From the NCBI GenBank assembly GCA_964016885.1, contig OZ024747.1, positions 9,052,001 through 9,116,000 of the forward strand: a stretch of 64,000 nucleotides of DNA. Reading direction: 5' to 3'. This stretch comes from Eledone cirrhosa (taxonomy: Eukaryota). The notes under the pieces were generated by a model. That model was not told the DNA's origin. It worked only from the letters and a program-made list of their open reading frames with translations, and did no database searches. Both the position numbers and the translations under genes were made by a program. Numbering within the stretch: position 1 is the first letter of the stretch; each line of letters opens with the position of its first letter. This document shows positions 1-14,289 of the stretch, in pieces.

Positions 1-537
1 TATATATATAACAATGACAGTGAGTAAAATTGAAGTTGCAGCTGTGGTTAGTGTCAGTCAAAAGATCAATCCCCAGAAGCTTGCAAGAGCACTCAATAAG
101 ATGATATCGATAAGTTAAATCTTAGAGTAATAAAGTGAGAGAGAGAGAGGTATAACCCTAACTGTGGCGTCAAATGGTTTTAACTTGTTTGTTCAGCAAG
201 CCTATTCATGGGTGTACTGTGGTAGTGACAAAGAAGGTATCTGGCTGTAAAACACTACCTAAAAAGAACATTGTTACCGTTGGGACCACCCCTCCCTTAT
301 CAGGTAAAATTATCTTTAAATGGTTGTTGTTATTAGCATATTTTACTACTTTTCCAAAATAGAGCATTCTTCAGTATGCTCTATTTAGCATGAAACCAAG
401 TCAAACTGTTTTTCCAAGATGGCTAACTAACAACAACACATTTTCTCCCCACTCTACATTCCCCCTTTTTTTAAATTCTCATCTGTTTTTCTTTTTCTTC
501 TCTCTCCCAAACATCCCTTCTCTTCTCTCTATTTCCA

Positions 538-573
538 TCTTCCGATGAAGGACTAGAGTCCGAAACGTTAAGA
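538..573 (+). ncRNA. Minimal hammerhead ribozyme-like motif (variant core)
   Basis: TCTT-CCGATGA-A-GGAC(taga)GTCC-GAAACGTTA-AGA; palindromic AACGTT stem III; core has U4C. Confidence 0.65.
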
Positions 574-718
574 CACGTTTCCAACTCTATTAGGCATTAA
601 ACTTATAAGCCATTATAGTATTGCATTGTACACTTGTATTGCTTTTTGTTGTTGACATTTCTTATAATATACACATATATATTTTTCTTCCTCGTAATCG
701 TCTCTTTCTCCCTGTTTT

Positions 719-1417
719 TATATATATATATATATATAAAAATAGATATATATAAATAGATAGATATATATATATATATACATAGATATATATAGATATA
801 GATATATATAAATTTATATAGATATAGATATATAGATATATATAAATAGATAGATATATATATAGATATATATATATATATATATATATACATAGATATA
901 TATAGATATATATAAATTTATATAGATATAGATATATAGATATATATAAATAGATATATATATAGATATATATAAATATATATATAGATATATATAAATA
1001 TATATATAGATATATATAAATATATATATAGATATATATAGATATAGATATATATAGATATAGATATATATAAATATATATAAATATCTATAGATATAGA
1101 TATATATAAATATATATAAATATATATATAAATATATATATATAAATAGATATATATATATATATATAGATGTATGTAGATATATATATATATATACATA
1201 TAGATATGTATATAGATATATATATATATATATATACATATAGATATATATATAGATGTAGATATATATATATATACATGTAGATATATATATATATACA
1301 TATAGATATATATAGATGTAGATATATATATATATACATGTAGATATATATATATATATATACATGTAGATATATATATATATATATATATCTATATAGA
1401 TATATATACATACATAT

Positions 1418-1450
<33 letters not shown>
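719..1450. repeat. Compound (TA)n/(TAGA)n microsatellite
   Basis: ~730 bp of TA interrupted by GA/CA/AA; source of the spurious IYIY ORFs. Confidence 0.97.
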
Positions 1451-1451
<1 letters not shown>

Positions 1452-3526
1452 TGTAAAGAGGTAACTGAGACTGCATTTTTAGTATAGAGAGATATCTAAA
1501 TTTTTCATTAATTAACTGAAATACAGTATATTTAATTAGAAATGTGGTAATGAAAGAGTTAATCAGAGCGCTGTTCCTATGTTGCACTCCCAAAGTGCCT
1601 TTCTTCACATTCCCCTGCTAGGGATCTCTGAATGATCTTATGAATAAAGTAATATAAAAAAAAATATTAACGTTTCCTAAATATTGAGGGATTGTAAATA
1701 ACTGGGTTTTACTGCAGTTTTATGCCGTTATGTGGATGAGTGGTAAATTTCATATTGAATAAGATACCAGTCTACCTCAGGTAACACTCATAGTAACTAT
1801 TCCAGACAAGTGAACTAAAATATTTATAGTTAAGGATATTATTTAAATACATAATGAAATATTTACTGTAAATTTGAACTGAAAATTTAAATATTGAGAA
1901 TATCATTGTAATTCAGCCATTTCATTTCTATAGCGGAGCTGTTAGGCCTATATATGCTGACAATTGAATAAATCTAAATCAAATTACTCTATTTAACTAT
2001 TCACCCATATAAATTCATACTTTACTGCAATACTCGTTTCTACTTTTGGCACAAGGCTAGCAATTACCCAACTGAAGTAATATTAGTTACACATTGTTCA
2101 TTGTTAGTGAACTGGACTGGAAGGAAGTAAAAGAAATCCAGAAGTTTGTTTTGTGTCAACTCTTTTGATATAAACCCAGCCAAAAACTGGCTCCGATTCT
2201 ATGAAACAAAACCACCTATTTTAAAAGCTTCATATTTAAAATTGTCCAACATAATTTTGTGTAAGAACCATATGTGAAATTACTATTTTAGTAATGAAAT
2301 AATTAATTGATTGAAATAGTGTGTATACGATTAGAAATATGGTAATGAAAGGGTTAAAGTCATTTGTTGATTTTAAAATTTCTCATTTGGGTATTATGAT
2401 TAACCCTTCATACTCACAAATTTTTATATTCTGTTAAAACATTTTTACATTACAAAGTTATCAGTAGTTGTTATGTGCTAAAACAATTGTTAAATAAAGG
2501 AAAGTCTAAAGGTAATTTAACAAAAGACAATTGCCTCTAATGTATTTGAAGTGAACATTCATAAACCATCTTTTGAGTGTCATAACCTTGTTAATAGGGA
2601 TTTCTTTAAGCAAAGTTCAAATCCAGTGTTTGTAGAGGTGGGGTTAATTATTTAGGCCTTAGTGGGGTATTTCATCAATTCTAGAAGGATGAAAGGTGTA
2701 GTTGATATATATATATAGATATATATATAAATATACACATACACATGTGTGTGTGTATGTTTATATATTAAACAATCCCCTCCACATATATATACACATA
2801 CACGTGTGTGTGTGTGTATGTTTTTATTTATATACATATAAATGAACACACTTATGTTTGTGAATATGTGTTTATATGTGCATATATATACACACATGGA
2901 TGTTTTGGGATTGTGCTGTCAGAATCCTTTATCAACTTTTAAAAATATGACCTTATGAAAAATACCAGAAGTATTTCTACCTCAGGTACAAAGTACAATG
3001 ACGTATGGAATTGAGGAATCTAAAAATCTTCTATATTTATATTTTAAAGTTTTTAATCTTTATTTTAACATATCTAATTATCCCAATTAGCTCCAAACAG
3101 GTTGGAAATTTACAACAACAAAAAAGTTGCATTTTTTTGTTGCTGCTTAGTTGGTTAGCTTCAGTTCAAGCAGACCTATGATCAAAGAGAATCCTCATTC
3201 TATGTACTAAGTTTAATTCCATTATGTCTAACTTTTCTTTCATTGTTACAAGGTCAACAAACTATGCCTCAGTCAAGTACCTGGCATGATTTAATTGACT
3301 GTCTTTCCCCCTACCCCTTAAAAAAATAATAATGAAATGGGTGGTGTTGTGGCTATGTTAGAAATCATGGCAGAATTCTGAGTGTGTCAGTCAAAGTGTC
3401 ATATAGTATTTGTTGAAATGCGGTCCTTCTGAAGTCGATAAAATAAAATACTAATCAACTGTTTCCTTTCCAAAAATTCCTAGCCTTGTTCCTATGCTGG
3501 AAATTATTATTAATATTACTATGATG

Positions 3527-3659
3527 GTGGTGGATTGGCAGAATCAGTAGAGTGTCAGACACAATGCTTTGCAGTATAGAGTTATGGTCCTTTACGGTCT
3601 GAGTTCAAATCCCATCAAGATTAGCTTTGCCTTTTATCCTTACGGGGTTGATAAAATAG
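3527..3659 (+). mobile_element. SINE, same family, truncated by the minisatellite
   Basis: Head, B box and core motifs as at 11613. Confidence 0.8.
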
Positions 3660-3660
3660 A

Positions 3661-4210
3661 GAGGTGTTCTGTTGTCTGATAGTAGTTGTATAGAGTGTTC
3701 TGTTGTGTTATGTATTGTTTGTTCTGGTGTCTGATAGTAGTTGTATAGAGTGTTCTGGTGTCTGATAGTAGTTGTATAGAGTGTGAGGTTGTGTTATGTA
3801 TTGTGTGTTCTGTTGTCTGATAGTAGTTGTATAGAGTGTTCTGGTGTCTAATAGTAGTTGTATAGAGTGTGAGGTTGTGTTATGTATTGTGTGTTCTGGT
3901 GTCTGATAGTAGTTGTATAGAGTGTGAGGTTGTGTTATGTATTGTGTGTTCTGGTGTCTGATAGTAGTTGTATAGAGTGTTCTGTTGTGTTATGTATTGT
4001 GTGTTCTGGTGTCTGATAGTAGTTGTATAGAGTGTTCTGTTGTGTTATGTATTGTGTGTTCTGGTGTCTGATAGTAGTTGTATAGAGTGTTCTGTTGTGT
4101 TATGTATTGTGTGTTCTGGTGTCTGATAGTAGTTGTATAGAGTGTGAGGTTGTGTTATGTATTGTGTGTTCTGGTGTCTGATAGTAGTTGTATAGAGTGT
4201 GAGGGTTGTA
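3661..4210. repeat. GT-rich minisatellite, 55-bp unit (~10 copies) with a 31-bp subunit
   Basis: GTGTTCTGGTGTCTGATAGTAGTTGTATAGAGTGTTCTGTTGTGTTATGTATTGT recurs, e.g. at 4001 and 4056. Confidence 0.95.
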
Positions 4211-4902
4211 TTATATTATTGAATCGCAGTTGTATAGAATGTGGATTGTTGGTGTTATAGTGTGGCTTATATTATTGACTGATATACACTGTTTGTGTAG
4301 AGTATGTATGTTGTCTGTGTTGAGTTATTGGATGATGGTTGTATAGAATATGCGTTATTGGATGGTAGGTGTATAGAGTATATATTATTTCATAGTGATT
4401 CTACTAAGTATGCACTTATTTTGTAAAAAATAAAACTGAGTATTATCAGTTCCCTGAAATGCTTTTAATATCCTACTCCAAAACTGTTTATGACAGCACC
4501 TTTACCATTTAACAATTGTATTGAACATTTTAAAATTATGGAGCAAGTGCCTCTACAGATTTTCTCTAGATGCCAAATATTTCAGGGATTCATTTTTTTT
4601 CTCACCTTTTAGCATTTAAACCGGCTGTATCTGGTCGGAATTCTTTCTCTTGATCGAAACTGGCTGTAACCAGCAGCTCAAATTGATGTTAAGATATCAT
4701 TCTTAAAATAAACTATGACATCATCAAAATCTCGTAGACTCAATACTATGAGATAAAACCTTTATCATGAATATACAATAGTAAATATAGAGTAATGTAA
4801 ATGCTAAAGGGTTAAAGTTATCACCACATTTTTGTTACATGGTATCATTCCTTTAAATTGCCTTAATATTATCACCCCCTCCCTCTCTTGCCTTATATCA
4901 TG

Positions 4903-5126
4903 TTAACTCTTAATGTCCTGTAATCATTTAGCAGACAATTTCTAAAAACGGGTTTGGTAATTCAAATGTTTATAATGTCTTTACTAGTGGACAGATTGTT
5001 TTGAAAATTTACAGCATTAGAATAAAGACTTTGATTTTTAAAGTCATACAGCCATAGTGTTGTTTTGTACTTTTTAAGAATATCTTGTTGATCCAATTTC
5101 ATGTGGAACAGGATGTTAAGAGTTAA
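4903..5126. mobile_element. Second TTAA-bounded MITE family; copies at 8786-9060, ~16780-17188, ~30024-30521 and ~51880-52068
   Basis: TIRs TTAACTCTTAA(T/C)(G/A)TCCTG ... CAGGATGTTAAGAGTTAA. Confidence 0.8.
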
Positions 5127-6823
5127 TCTACATGTAAATGTTGATTTATTTTATAATAAGTCTAAAAAAATCCAGTTTTGTAAAGATAATTGCCAGTGTT
5201 TTTGTTCTTTTTTTGCATGTTTTAAAATTTAAATTTCATGTTCTTATTGGATTATTGAATATTGATCTCAGGGTTAAAATACTGTGGGTAATAGAGGTGG
5301 GGACATAAGATATGCTTGTGTGTAATTTAACCCTTTCATGACTATATTTACTCCATTACGTGTTCCAGCAGAGAGGCTAAGGCCATGCTGGGGCACCGCC
5401 ATTTCTAATACACTCTATTTCGATTAATTAATGGAGAATTTTGAGGGATTTAGTAAAATTATTAATTATTTCATTACTAAGATAGTATGGTTCTTATATA
5501 AAATTATGTTAAAAGCTCTTAATTCAAAGAGAGATCTTAAGCTAGAGAAAGACAGAGAGATTGAGGGAAGCTATAGCTTGATATTGAGAGAATGGATATG
5601 TGGTGTTGGTGAATGAAGGTTTGTTCATAATGGGTGTATCTTTCTATATATAGTATACACTGCACTCTAGTATGAGGTGTATTTAGAATTTGAAATAGTT
5701 TAACACTTCCTCACGGTTAAGCTTAAATCATGTTTCCTCAGTGTTTGGCAATCAAATAGAGATAATATAGGATTTGAGAGGACTCTTCAGTCTGCCCTAG
5801 CATGTGACAACCCATTTAGTGCTTGTGCCACAATGAAATGCACCCAGTATATCCTGTAAGGTGGTTGGCAATAGGAAAGACATATAGCTGTAGAAAGCAT
5901 ATCAGATATGGACCATAATGAATAGGATGAGGTCACTTTAACCTGTCTGGTCACAGACTGTATACAATCTGGCCAACTCATGCCAGCATGGAAAGCACAG
6001 GTAAAATGATGACACATATATTGGAATCTCTCCCCTTCCTCTCTCCCCTCTAACTACTGCTGCTGTCCTACAACTTTCCTATCATGCTTCTTTCTTCCAT
6101 TTTTGTAATTTGACTGTTGAAGTGGTCAGTCCACTGTGCTTTATCTCTTATTTGTTTCTTATCAGTTTCAAAGTCATTGCTTGAACTAATTCATAATAAT
6201 CTTTATATTTCTTCTACAATTACCTTCCTACATTTGTGTGTTACATTTTATTCTAAAAGTTTTCCTGTCTTATATCAGTATATGTAGTTTCCATCTTGTT
6301 TCCCTGTTCAATGGATTGAAAAGACCCAATCTGTGCTGTTGTTTTCTTGTCCAGTATCCATTGCTACTATTATAGTTGTAGTTTTTGTTACAACTTCTAA
6401 TGCCATTGTTGTTAATATTGCTGACCTTACTGCTTTGTGACGTTACAACCATTGTTGTGGTCAATCTCAGCCATTGCTGTTAATTCTGTTGCCATTACAA
6501 TCATTTGAATTTTCATGGCTTTTAAATATTTCCTTTGAAATATTTTCAGCAAAGTAAAATTGTTAGCTGACTCACTTTCTTGAATTCTGGCTAATTGACT
6601 TTCATTTTCAATGAGTCAGTAGGCAGACCTCTCTATGCAAGTTTAAATGCTTGAACAAACACCCGAAATAGGTAAAAATACCAGAATTCTTTAAAAAATC
6701 ATGTCTTTCTTCAGGAATACTGAATTAACAGTTAAATGTCATCTTCAAGAAGCATCTAGCACAAGGACAAAAATAGAAGGCACAGGCACAACACAGGAAA
6801 CAATGCTACCTCTTTGCCCTTAT

Positions 6824-7125
6824 ATCATCATCATCATTAATTTACATCTGCTTTTCCATGCTTGCACAGGTTGAATGGGTCTTTTCAAGTACAGCCTCCC
6901 TCCATTCTTTACCTTCCTATGCCATCTCCACTGTGAGCCTCAATAATTTCAGGTCAGCTCTCACTACCTCTGACTATGTCTTCCTTGGTCTTCCTCTACT
7001 GCCGCTACATTCCACTGGGATTTTCTGGCATTTCTTTACTCAACAATCATCATCCATATGCACCACATGTCCATACAGGTGCAGTCTTCTCTCTTGCACA
7101 CTACATCTGATTCTCTCTCAGTTCA
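6824..7125 (-). mobile_element. RTE LINE 3' end
   Basis: Reverse-complement homologue of 37152-37425 with a (CAT)n tail. Confidence 0.8.
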
Positions 7126-7931
7126 TCTATTCTTCTCCATTCCTGAACATCTTTTCCAGAGGTTGATAAAATATACTACCGGTCAGAGTACCGTCACATC
7201 TATGATGTTCTGGTCGGTCGAGAGGGCGCCTGTGGCTGCTTGCAACTTCATAGGAACGCATAACAGAAATGAAGAGTTGGCGTATACTGATACTAAGTCA
7301 TACTCGATTATGAGTGATGACGAGAATTGGCGGAGTCATTGGAATATTGGAGAAAGTGCTTTGTGGCACTTGTTCCAGCTCTCTGCACTTTGAGTTTAAA
7401 TCCTGCTGAGGTCAACTTTGTTTTTCATCTTTTAGTCCAATACTGGGGTTGATTTATCCTTTTTCTCTTTCTCTCCGACCCCTGCTCTGGAAGAAGTCAG
7501 CTTGTGGCCCAAAAGCAAGATTAAATACCCAAGATGGCATCCCTCAATTTCCAAGAGTTATGACCCCAGAGATTGATTTATTAGATAAAGAAGCATTAAA
7601 ATCTTTTAAACATGTATTGAAAATATGACTTTCTTTTCTAGTTTTATCCTCTTTATTTGTTCATATTTACAGTTTGTTTAGAACAGTTACCAAGTACATC
7701 ATGACGGAGCTAGAATCTAAACTTGAACATAGCTATGTTGTCAATACAACACACACACACATATATATGAGTGTAGAAATGATCAACACATGTTGGGGTA
7801 GTTAAATATATGTATTACTAGTTGGATCTTGCATTACTTTAGGAAACCTAAAATTAGAAACATGTTTACATTTGTGAAACACGAGGTAATGTGGAACTAT
7901 GTCAAACTGTCAATACACATACACAGACAAC

Positions 7932-7962
<31 letters not shown>

Positions 7963-8125
7963 CATGCACAAAATCATCTATATATATGATATGAAATAAT
8001 CCTATTAGTAAAATAACATACAAAAAGGCTTAATATTCATTTTTTTTGTAAAAATATAAAATTGCAAAAAAGATTTTTTAATGCATTGCTTGTGTATAAA
8101 TATATCTACAGAGGAAGCATATATA

Positions 8126-8157
<32 letters not shown>

Positions 8158-10479
8158 GATATATATATACACTGAGGCATACATATATCTACAGAGGCAT
8201 ATGGTAACATGCTGTTGCTTAAAATGTTTCTATACATAATAAATCAACCATTTTAAATTATTGCCATTGGTTTTACATCAGATAAATTTTTATTATTTAT
8301 TTGCAATACAAGCAAACACACACAATTATATATATATATTTTTTTCTTTCATGTAATCTTAATGGAAAAGACAAAAGTATTTCTAATGATGAATTTATTA
8401 TTCATATCTTATATCTTTCGAAGAAAAAGAAAATAGTTTGTTAGCTGCTGTTATTCCATGAAAAATAATGAATAAAGAATGAATGTTAAAAATTTGAAAT
8501 AAAAAAAAAGTGTTTCTTTGATTAAATGTCTCAGATGAGTTGTAATTTATGAAATTATAATTTTTCAGGCTAATTAATTCATCCTTAACCCTCTTGTTAA
8601 CATATTTCTAATGAAAGATACTACCTATGATATTCAAAAATATTTTTTAAATAATCAAGAATTTTAATTAATTTAATAATATCATTTTCTCATAATTAAG
8701 CTGGTTTTTGGAACATAACATTATAAATATTCTTACATAAAATTATGATTCAAGATTTTTAAGTATAAATATTTAATATAAACATTTAAACTGTTAACAT
8801 CCTGTACCACATGGAATTACATTAGTTAATCATTGTTGAATAGTTAAAAACAATACTATGACTGTATCACATTATAACAATTAATACACATTGAGTATTA
8901 GTTTAGTGTAATTGACTACACTACATAAAATAGTAAAGTCTTTAATATGGTAAATTTTTACAATGATCTGTTTACCACTAAAAATACTATAAACATTTGA
9001 GTTAACAAACATGTATTTTAGATATTTTCCACTAAATCATTACAGGATGTTAAGATTTAAAACAAACAGTTTTGTATCATAGAATCAAGAGAAATTTCAG
9101 GTGGTTTGTTATGAAAAGGGTTAAAGATGTGGTAAATAGTCTGAAAAATTGTAATCTTTGTACCATTCATGTTTGTCTGCCAAAGTGGTTGAGAAGTTTG
9201 CTTCACAATTATGAGGTTTGGTTAACCCAGAGTTTATGAATGAAGGTAGGTACATAAATACTCTGTGAAAACCCATCAGATGAACTGTACCTATAATTCA
9301 AAGGACCAGCCTTGTCACATATTGTGTTATGCAAATTCTACCTAATAATTATTTTAGTATAATTACTGCTAGATTTGGTTTTTTTTTCAAGCTAAGAGGG
9401 AAATTTTAATTTATAAGTCTTTTTGTGTATGGACTCGCCTTGTAAATTAATTGTTCAAATTCATGTCATGTATTCTTCTCTTATCTCATTTTGTTTTTAA
9501 TTAGACAAATTATAATGGCAAAAAAGTGTTTGTAACTCCTTTTCTGTATGTAAATCACTATCTAATCAAATAGACAGTACTATGCTGATCAGATCTAAAA
9601 GACAGAAACATGTCTTGTGTTGTCCTTTGCCTGCAACCAAAGATCAAACTTTCTTTCTTCAGACATCTAAATTAACATTTCGTAATGTCTTGAAATTATC
9701 TCCCCCTCTCTTTCAGCATCTTGGCCTTTGACATTCGATACGTCATTTTATAATTTAATTATCGAAATTAATACCATTGGCATATTTTAGTTATTTCCTT
9801 TAAGTCGTTTTGTTGATGGATTATTATAATCTTTAATTTAAAAAAAAAAAAAAAAAATCAAGAGGAAGTTATTATGATATATTTTGCAGGAGTTACTTTT
9901 CTTGAATATGCTCTTTTATTGTCACTGTACTATCAAATAACAAATTCACTGATCAGGGCGTTGGATAAAACATCCTCCCACATTTACCATCATCATCACC
10001 GTCATCATCATTGGTTTTACATTCATTTTTCATACAGAATAATATTGTAGTCCCAGGTCAAACATAAGTTCAACAGCATTCTAGCTGAGACCAGTCCATC
10101 TTTTTGTGCATTTGGTACCACACTATTCAATATGTCCTGCGGTTTGGCTGCTATTTTTAGCTGGCCAAGGAACCATTGGCTCATTATTGTTATTGATCAC
10201 ACTGAACTGTGATCAAAGGCATTCCTTCTATGATTATTTTATCTCATGGTCCTTATTTTATCTCATGGTCTCACGGTCCTTATTTAAAATAGTAGGGTGT
10301 CATATGAAGGTAATTTGATTATTATTTGTAGCATATTGAGTAACCATAAAAAGAAACATTAAATCCTTCTATATTTCTGATGGTAAAGTATGATTTGAAG
10401 GAGATTTGGTTGCTATTTCTTGCAAGTTGATTTGTGTCCACCTCAACGTTTGACATAGTTATGGATGAGCTAGTCCATA

Positions 10480-11290
10480 GTCATGGATGAGCTAGTCATA
10501 GAACCATCGTTAAATACCACTAACAGTGTTGTTTCAGGCAGGGTCCCTGGTAGCGATGAGATCCCTTCTAATTTGATAAAACATCATCAGACTGCCTTAT
10601 TTCTCCTATTGCAGGAAGTTCTATGTCACTGGTAGCAACAAGAAGCCCTACAGCAGGACATAAGGGGTGCAAAGATCATTGCTCTGTATAGGAACAAGGA
10701 CAAGAGCTGTACCATAAGACACAAGAGATGACAAGATCCTTGTTCTCTAAAAGAACAAAGACGAGAAATGACTGCAATAATTACAGAGGTATCTTTCTTC
10801 TCAGTGTTGTCGGAAAAACTTCGCTGAGGTCATCTGGAACCACCTACAGAAACTGGCAGATTGTGTATACCCTGTATTACATACAGAGCTTGACAATGTG
10901 TATAACCTATGTCATATAGAGGCTGATAGATTGTGTATACCCAGTGTCATATAGAGGCTGATAGATTGTGTATACCCAGTGTCACAGTGTTATTCTTGGC
11001 TGAAATGTTAACAGTAGATCTGATATTCTCACTTCAACATAACCAGAAGTGCTGAGCGCAGCATATATTGCTTTTATCGACCTCACTCTCACCAAGGTGT
11101 TTGGCCTGGTCAACAGATACAATATTTCCAAGATTCTTCTGAAGATTGGCTGCCTACAAAAACTACATAGCATGAGAGAGTCCCTCTGCATCACTATGAA
11201 GGGAATAGTACACACCAACGATAACCTCCTCTAGGTCCTTCAAACTCCACAATGGTGTGAAACAAGGTTGTTTCCTCACTCCCACACACT
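10480..11290 (+). mobile_element. Decayed RTE-clade LINE reverse transcriptase fragment
   Basis: Peptides PGSDEIP, DCNNYRGIFLLSVVGK, YIAFIDLT and GVKQGC, with stops and frameshifts. Confidence 0.85.
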
Positions 11291-11295
11291 TCAGA

Positions 11296-11520
11296 ATAGA
11301 TGTGACCTTTGTAATAGAGATTCTAACTCCCACATTGGCTTTCATAGTCACAGCAGTACCAACAGACCAATAAAGCCACATCACATAGGTGTGACTTCAA
11401 CAACAGAGATTGTCACTCCCACATTGGTCTTCATAGTCACAGCAGTACCAACAGACCAATAAAGTCACATCACATAGATGTGACCTTTGCCACAGAGACT
11501 GGCACTACAACACTGGTCTC
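11296..11520. repeat. 89-bp tandem repeat, ~2.5 copies
   Basis: CAGCAGTACCAACAGACCAATAAAG at 11351 and 11440; partial third copy. Confidence 0.9.
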
Positions 11521-11612
11521 TTTAGCGATGCTGCTTCTAAATAATATCTAAAAAATTAAAAGAAAACCTGGGCATTGTACACAATAATTTTCATTATCAT
11601 TATTATAAGCTA

Positions 11613-11920
11613 GGGCAGTGGATTGGCAGTATCGGTAGAGGGTCGGATGCCATGCTTTCCAGCATAGTTACGTCCCTTTACGATCTGAGTTCAAATCCCG
11701 CCGAGGTTGACTTTGCCTTTCATCCTTACGGGGTCGATAAAATAAAGTACCAGTAATGCACTGGGTAATTGCTGGCCTTGTGCCTAAAGTAGAAACAATT
11801 ATTATAAGCTAGTTCAAATCCCGCTGAGGTTGACTTTGTCTTTCATCCTTACGGAGTCGATAAAATAAAGTACCAGTAATGCACTGATAATTGCTGGCCT
11901 TGTGCCAAAAAGTAGAAACA
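11613..11920 (+). mobile_element. Full-length tRNA-derived SINE (Deu/Nin-like core) plus a 5'-truncated tandem copy
   Basis: A-box-like TGGCAGTATCGG, B box GAGTTCAAATCC, core GCCTTTCATCCTTACGGGGTCGATAAAATAAAGTACCAG; flanking repeat ATTATTATAAGCTA three times. Confidence 0.9.
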
Positions 11921-12094
11921 ATTATTATAAGCTAATGCTAGAAAGCATTGCAATGAATTTTTGTCATTCATATATTTCCTATGTATCTTGTTTTTTGGGG
12001 GAGGAATCAAGAACACAGGCCATGGTTATTTATGACCAAAGGGGCGTTTAAATTATGTGATCTGAAGAAAGATTTGGCTGCTATTTCTAGCAGT

Positions 12095-12317
12095 CAGGTC
12101 GACTACTTCGATGTCTCTCATTGGTTGGTTAAAACAATGTTCTTATAAAGAAGTGAAAGGCGGGGGTCTTAGTGGGGAAATAAAGCTTTCGTTTTTTTTA
12201 TCTCCTTTTGGATCACATCCGTCTGTCTGTGTGTCGAATTATCTCCCTTTGGCGTGTTTACATCGTAAAATAAAAAAAAAAAAAACAGCCAAAGGATTGT
12301 TCCAAGGAACGGTTAGT
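12095..12317 (+). promoter_or_regulatory. Candidate promoter or non-coding first exon of the first ZNF gene
   Basis: CpG-enriched non-repeat sequence, GGCGGGG box, donor-like G|GTTAGT at 12311/12312. Confidence 0.35.
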
Positions 12318-14289
12318 ATATAAATATATACACATACACACAGGTATATTTCATTATATATACCTGACATACATATATTTATATTCATATATGAAATACA
12401 GAGTAAGTGCATGCGTAAGTGATAGTATAGATTTATGCATTCTTATAATGCATGTTGCATATTGGTGCTAGTCTCTGTTTTTTCTTATAAAACTATCCTA
12501 AATGCAACAACAAATATGTATTTGCTTTTAATAGTATCGATTTATTTTGCATGTATTCATCTATGATCGATGTAAATCACTTTGTATTGTTATTAAGATT
12601 GTCTCTTGCAATATCTCTCTCTTCCGTTACTCCTGTCTGTCTGTATGATTCTATATTTCTCTCTGTCTCTATTTTTGTTTTCCTATCTTTCTCCTTCCTT
12701 ACCTCATCGGTTTCTCTCTCACTAAATTATTACAAGAGTTAGTCGAACAGTTTTCTTAGAAGACAACAAAAACGAAAACATCCAACTTTTTATTTGTTGT
12801 AAATTTTAACATTGCCGTACCTTTCTGTTCCTCCCCATATATGTATGTTTCTACACATGTTTTGCTATTGAAAAATCGCTTTATCAAGCAACAAGGGAGC
12901 TTCTTTACGGTTGTTCGAACTGCAAGAAATAGCAGCCAAATCTCCCTAAAATCACACCATACTATTTATAGCTATATATTGACCTATGGCAAAACAACAA
13001 AACATATTTATTGTTGTAAGGGCAACGTCTATAAGATGCATTCTACATTAGGTTAACGGTTGTATATTGGACTATCACAACCTGTATAAGATATTTAGAA
13101 CACCGTTTAAGCTTGTCTCAGCTGTCACTTCTATCCATAATGGCTTTTTAGAAACAATTAATCATACGTTTCTATGTAGTCGTTCTAAAATTATTTGACA
13201 GATGTTTTTTTCAACTGTAATTCACCAACTTTAACAAAGTTTCTCATATTTCAAAAGTTGTTTTGTCACCGGTAGACAACTTTTACGGTCAAGTCTATAC
13301 TTAATAGGTTGGAATTACACCGAATTGGACACACATATATATATGCATAGATACTTACACATATCTACATATATATATGTATCTATCTATCTATATATAT
13401 ATATAGACACATACATACACACACACACACGCACGCATATAAACCAAATTTGAGCCAAAAAAATATTTAATTGAAATTTTGAATAATTATCTTGGGGAAG
13501 TTTTTACAAAAATTAAGTACAAACATTTAACGAGTGAACAAAAACGTGGCAAATAAAGAAATCTATGCCCCAGTGGCAAATAAATCGCAAAAAAAAAACA
13601 AAACCAAGAAACTAACAAAAACGTTGCAAATAAATAAATCTATATTTCTTTTAATGGCTAAAAAAAAGGGAATGTAAATTTGTTGGAATAGCCTCATACA
13701 GTGAAGCAGGTAAGTAGCACAAGTTAAGCAACAATAGCAGCAAGTCAGCAGTAGCAGCAGCTAGCAACAAGCAGTAAGCCACCAAGTAAGCAGCAACTAC
13801 AGCACGTAAGCAGCATCAGCAGCAAATCGGGCGGTAAAATTGGATATCGCCATTATCTTTTCATGATTTCCGTTGTTTAAAATGCTTCTACACACATATT
13901 TTAATATTTCACATGGCGAAGATTGATATTTGCAAAGCAGTGTTATATTTTATAATACAAATGTCTTTACATGTATATTCAGTACTTCCCTCGACCTCAC
14001 AGGTCTTGGTGGGTTGTCTTAACACTTGAATGCAGGTCGTTTCGCTTTCTAAACCCAGCTGAACTTAATTACCAAGCAATCCCTGACTCGACTCAATTCT
14101 GTAATCAGCTGAAATGTTCAGGGTTATTGGGATGGGACCAGATGGTCTTACTGTTTGCTCTATTGGCAAAGAGGTAGATGTTTCGTTTGGGACCCCATAG
14201 TTAATGACTCTTTTCCTCATCCACACATTCTGGAATACTGCTATAAAGGTGAGGGTCACTGATTCAATAACCGAACAGAATAACATTCT

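Noticed and set aside
603-1608. Long IYIY ORFs (also at 45599-46102 and 49637-50038)
   Set aside because: Translations of TA microsatellites
9585-9614. Hammerhead-like CTGATCA...GAAACATGTC
   Set aside because: G8 is mutated and stems I and II are poor; too degenerate to call
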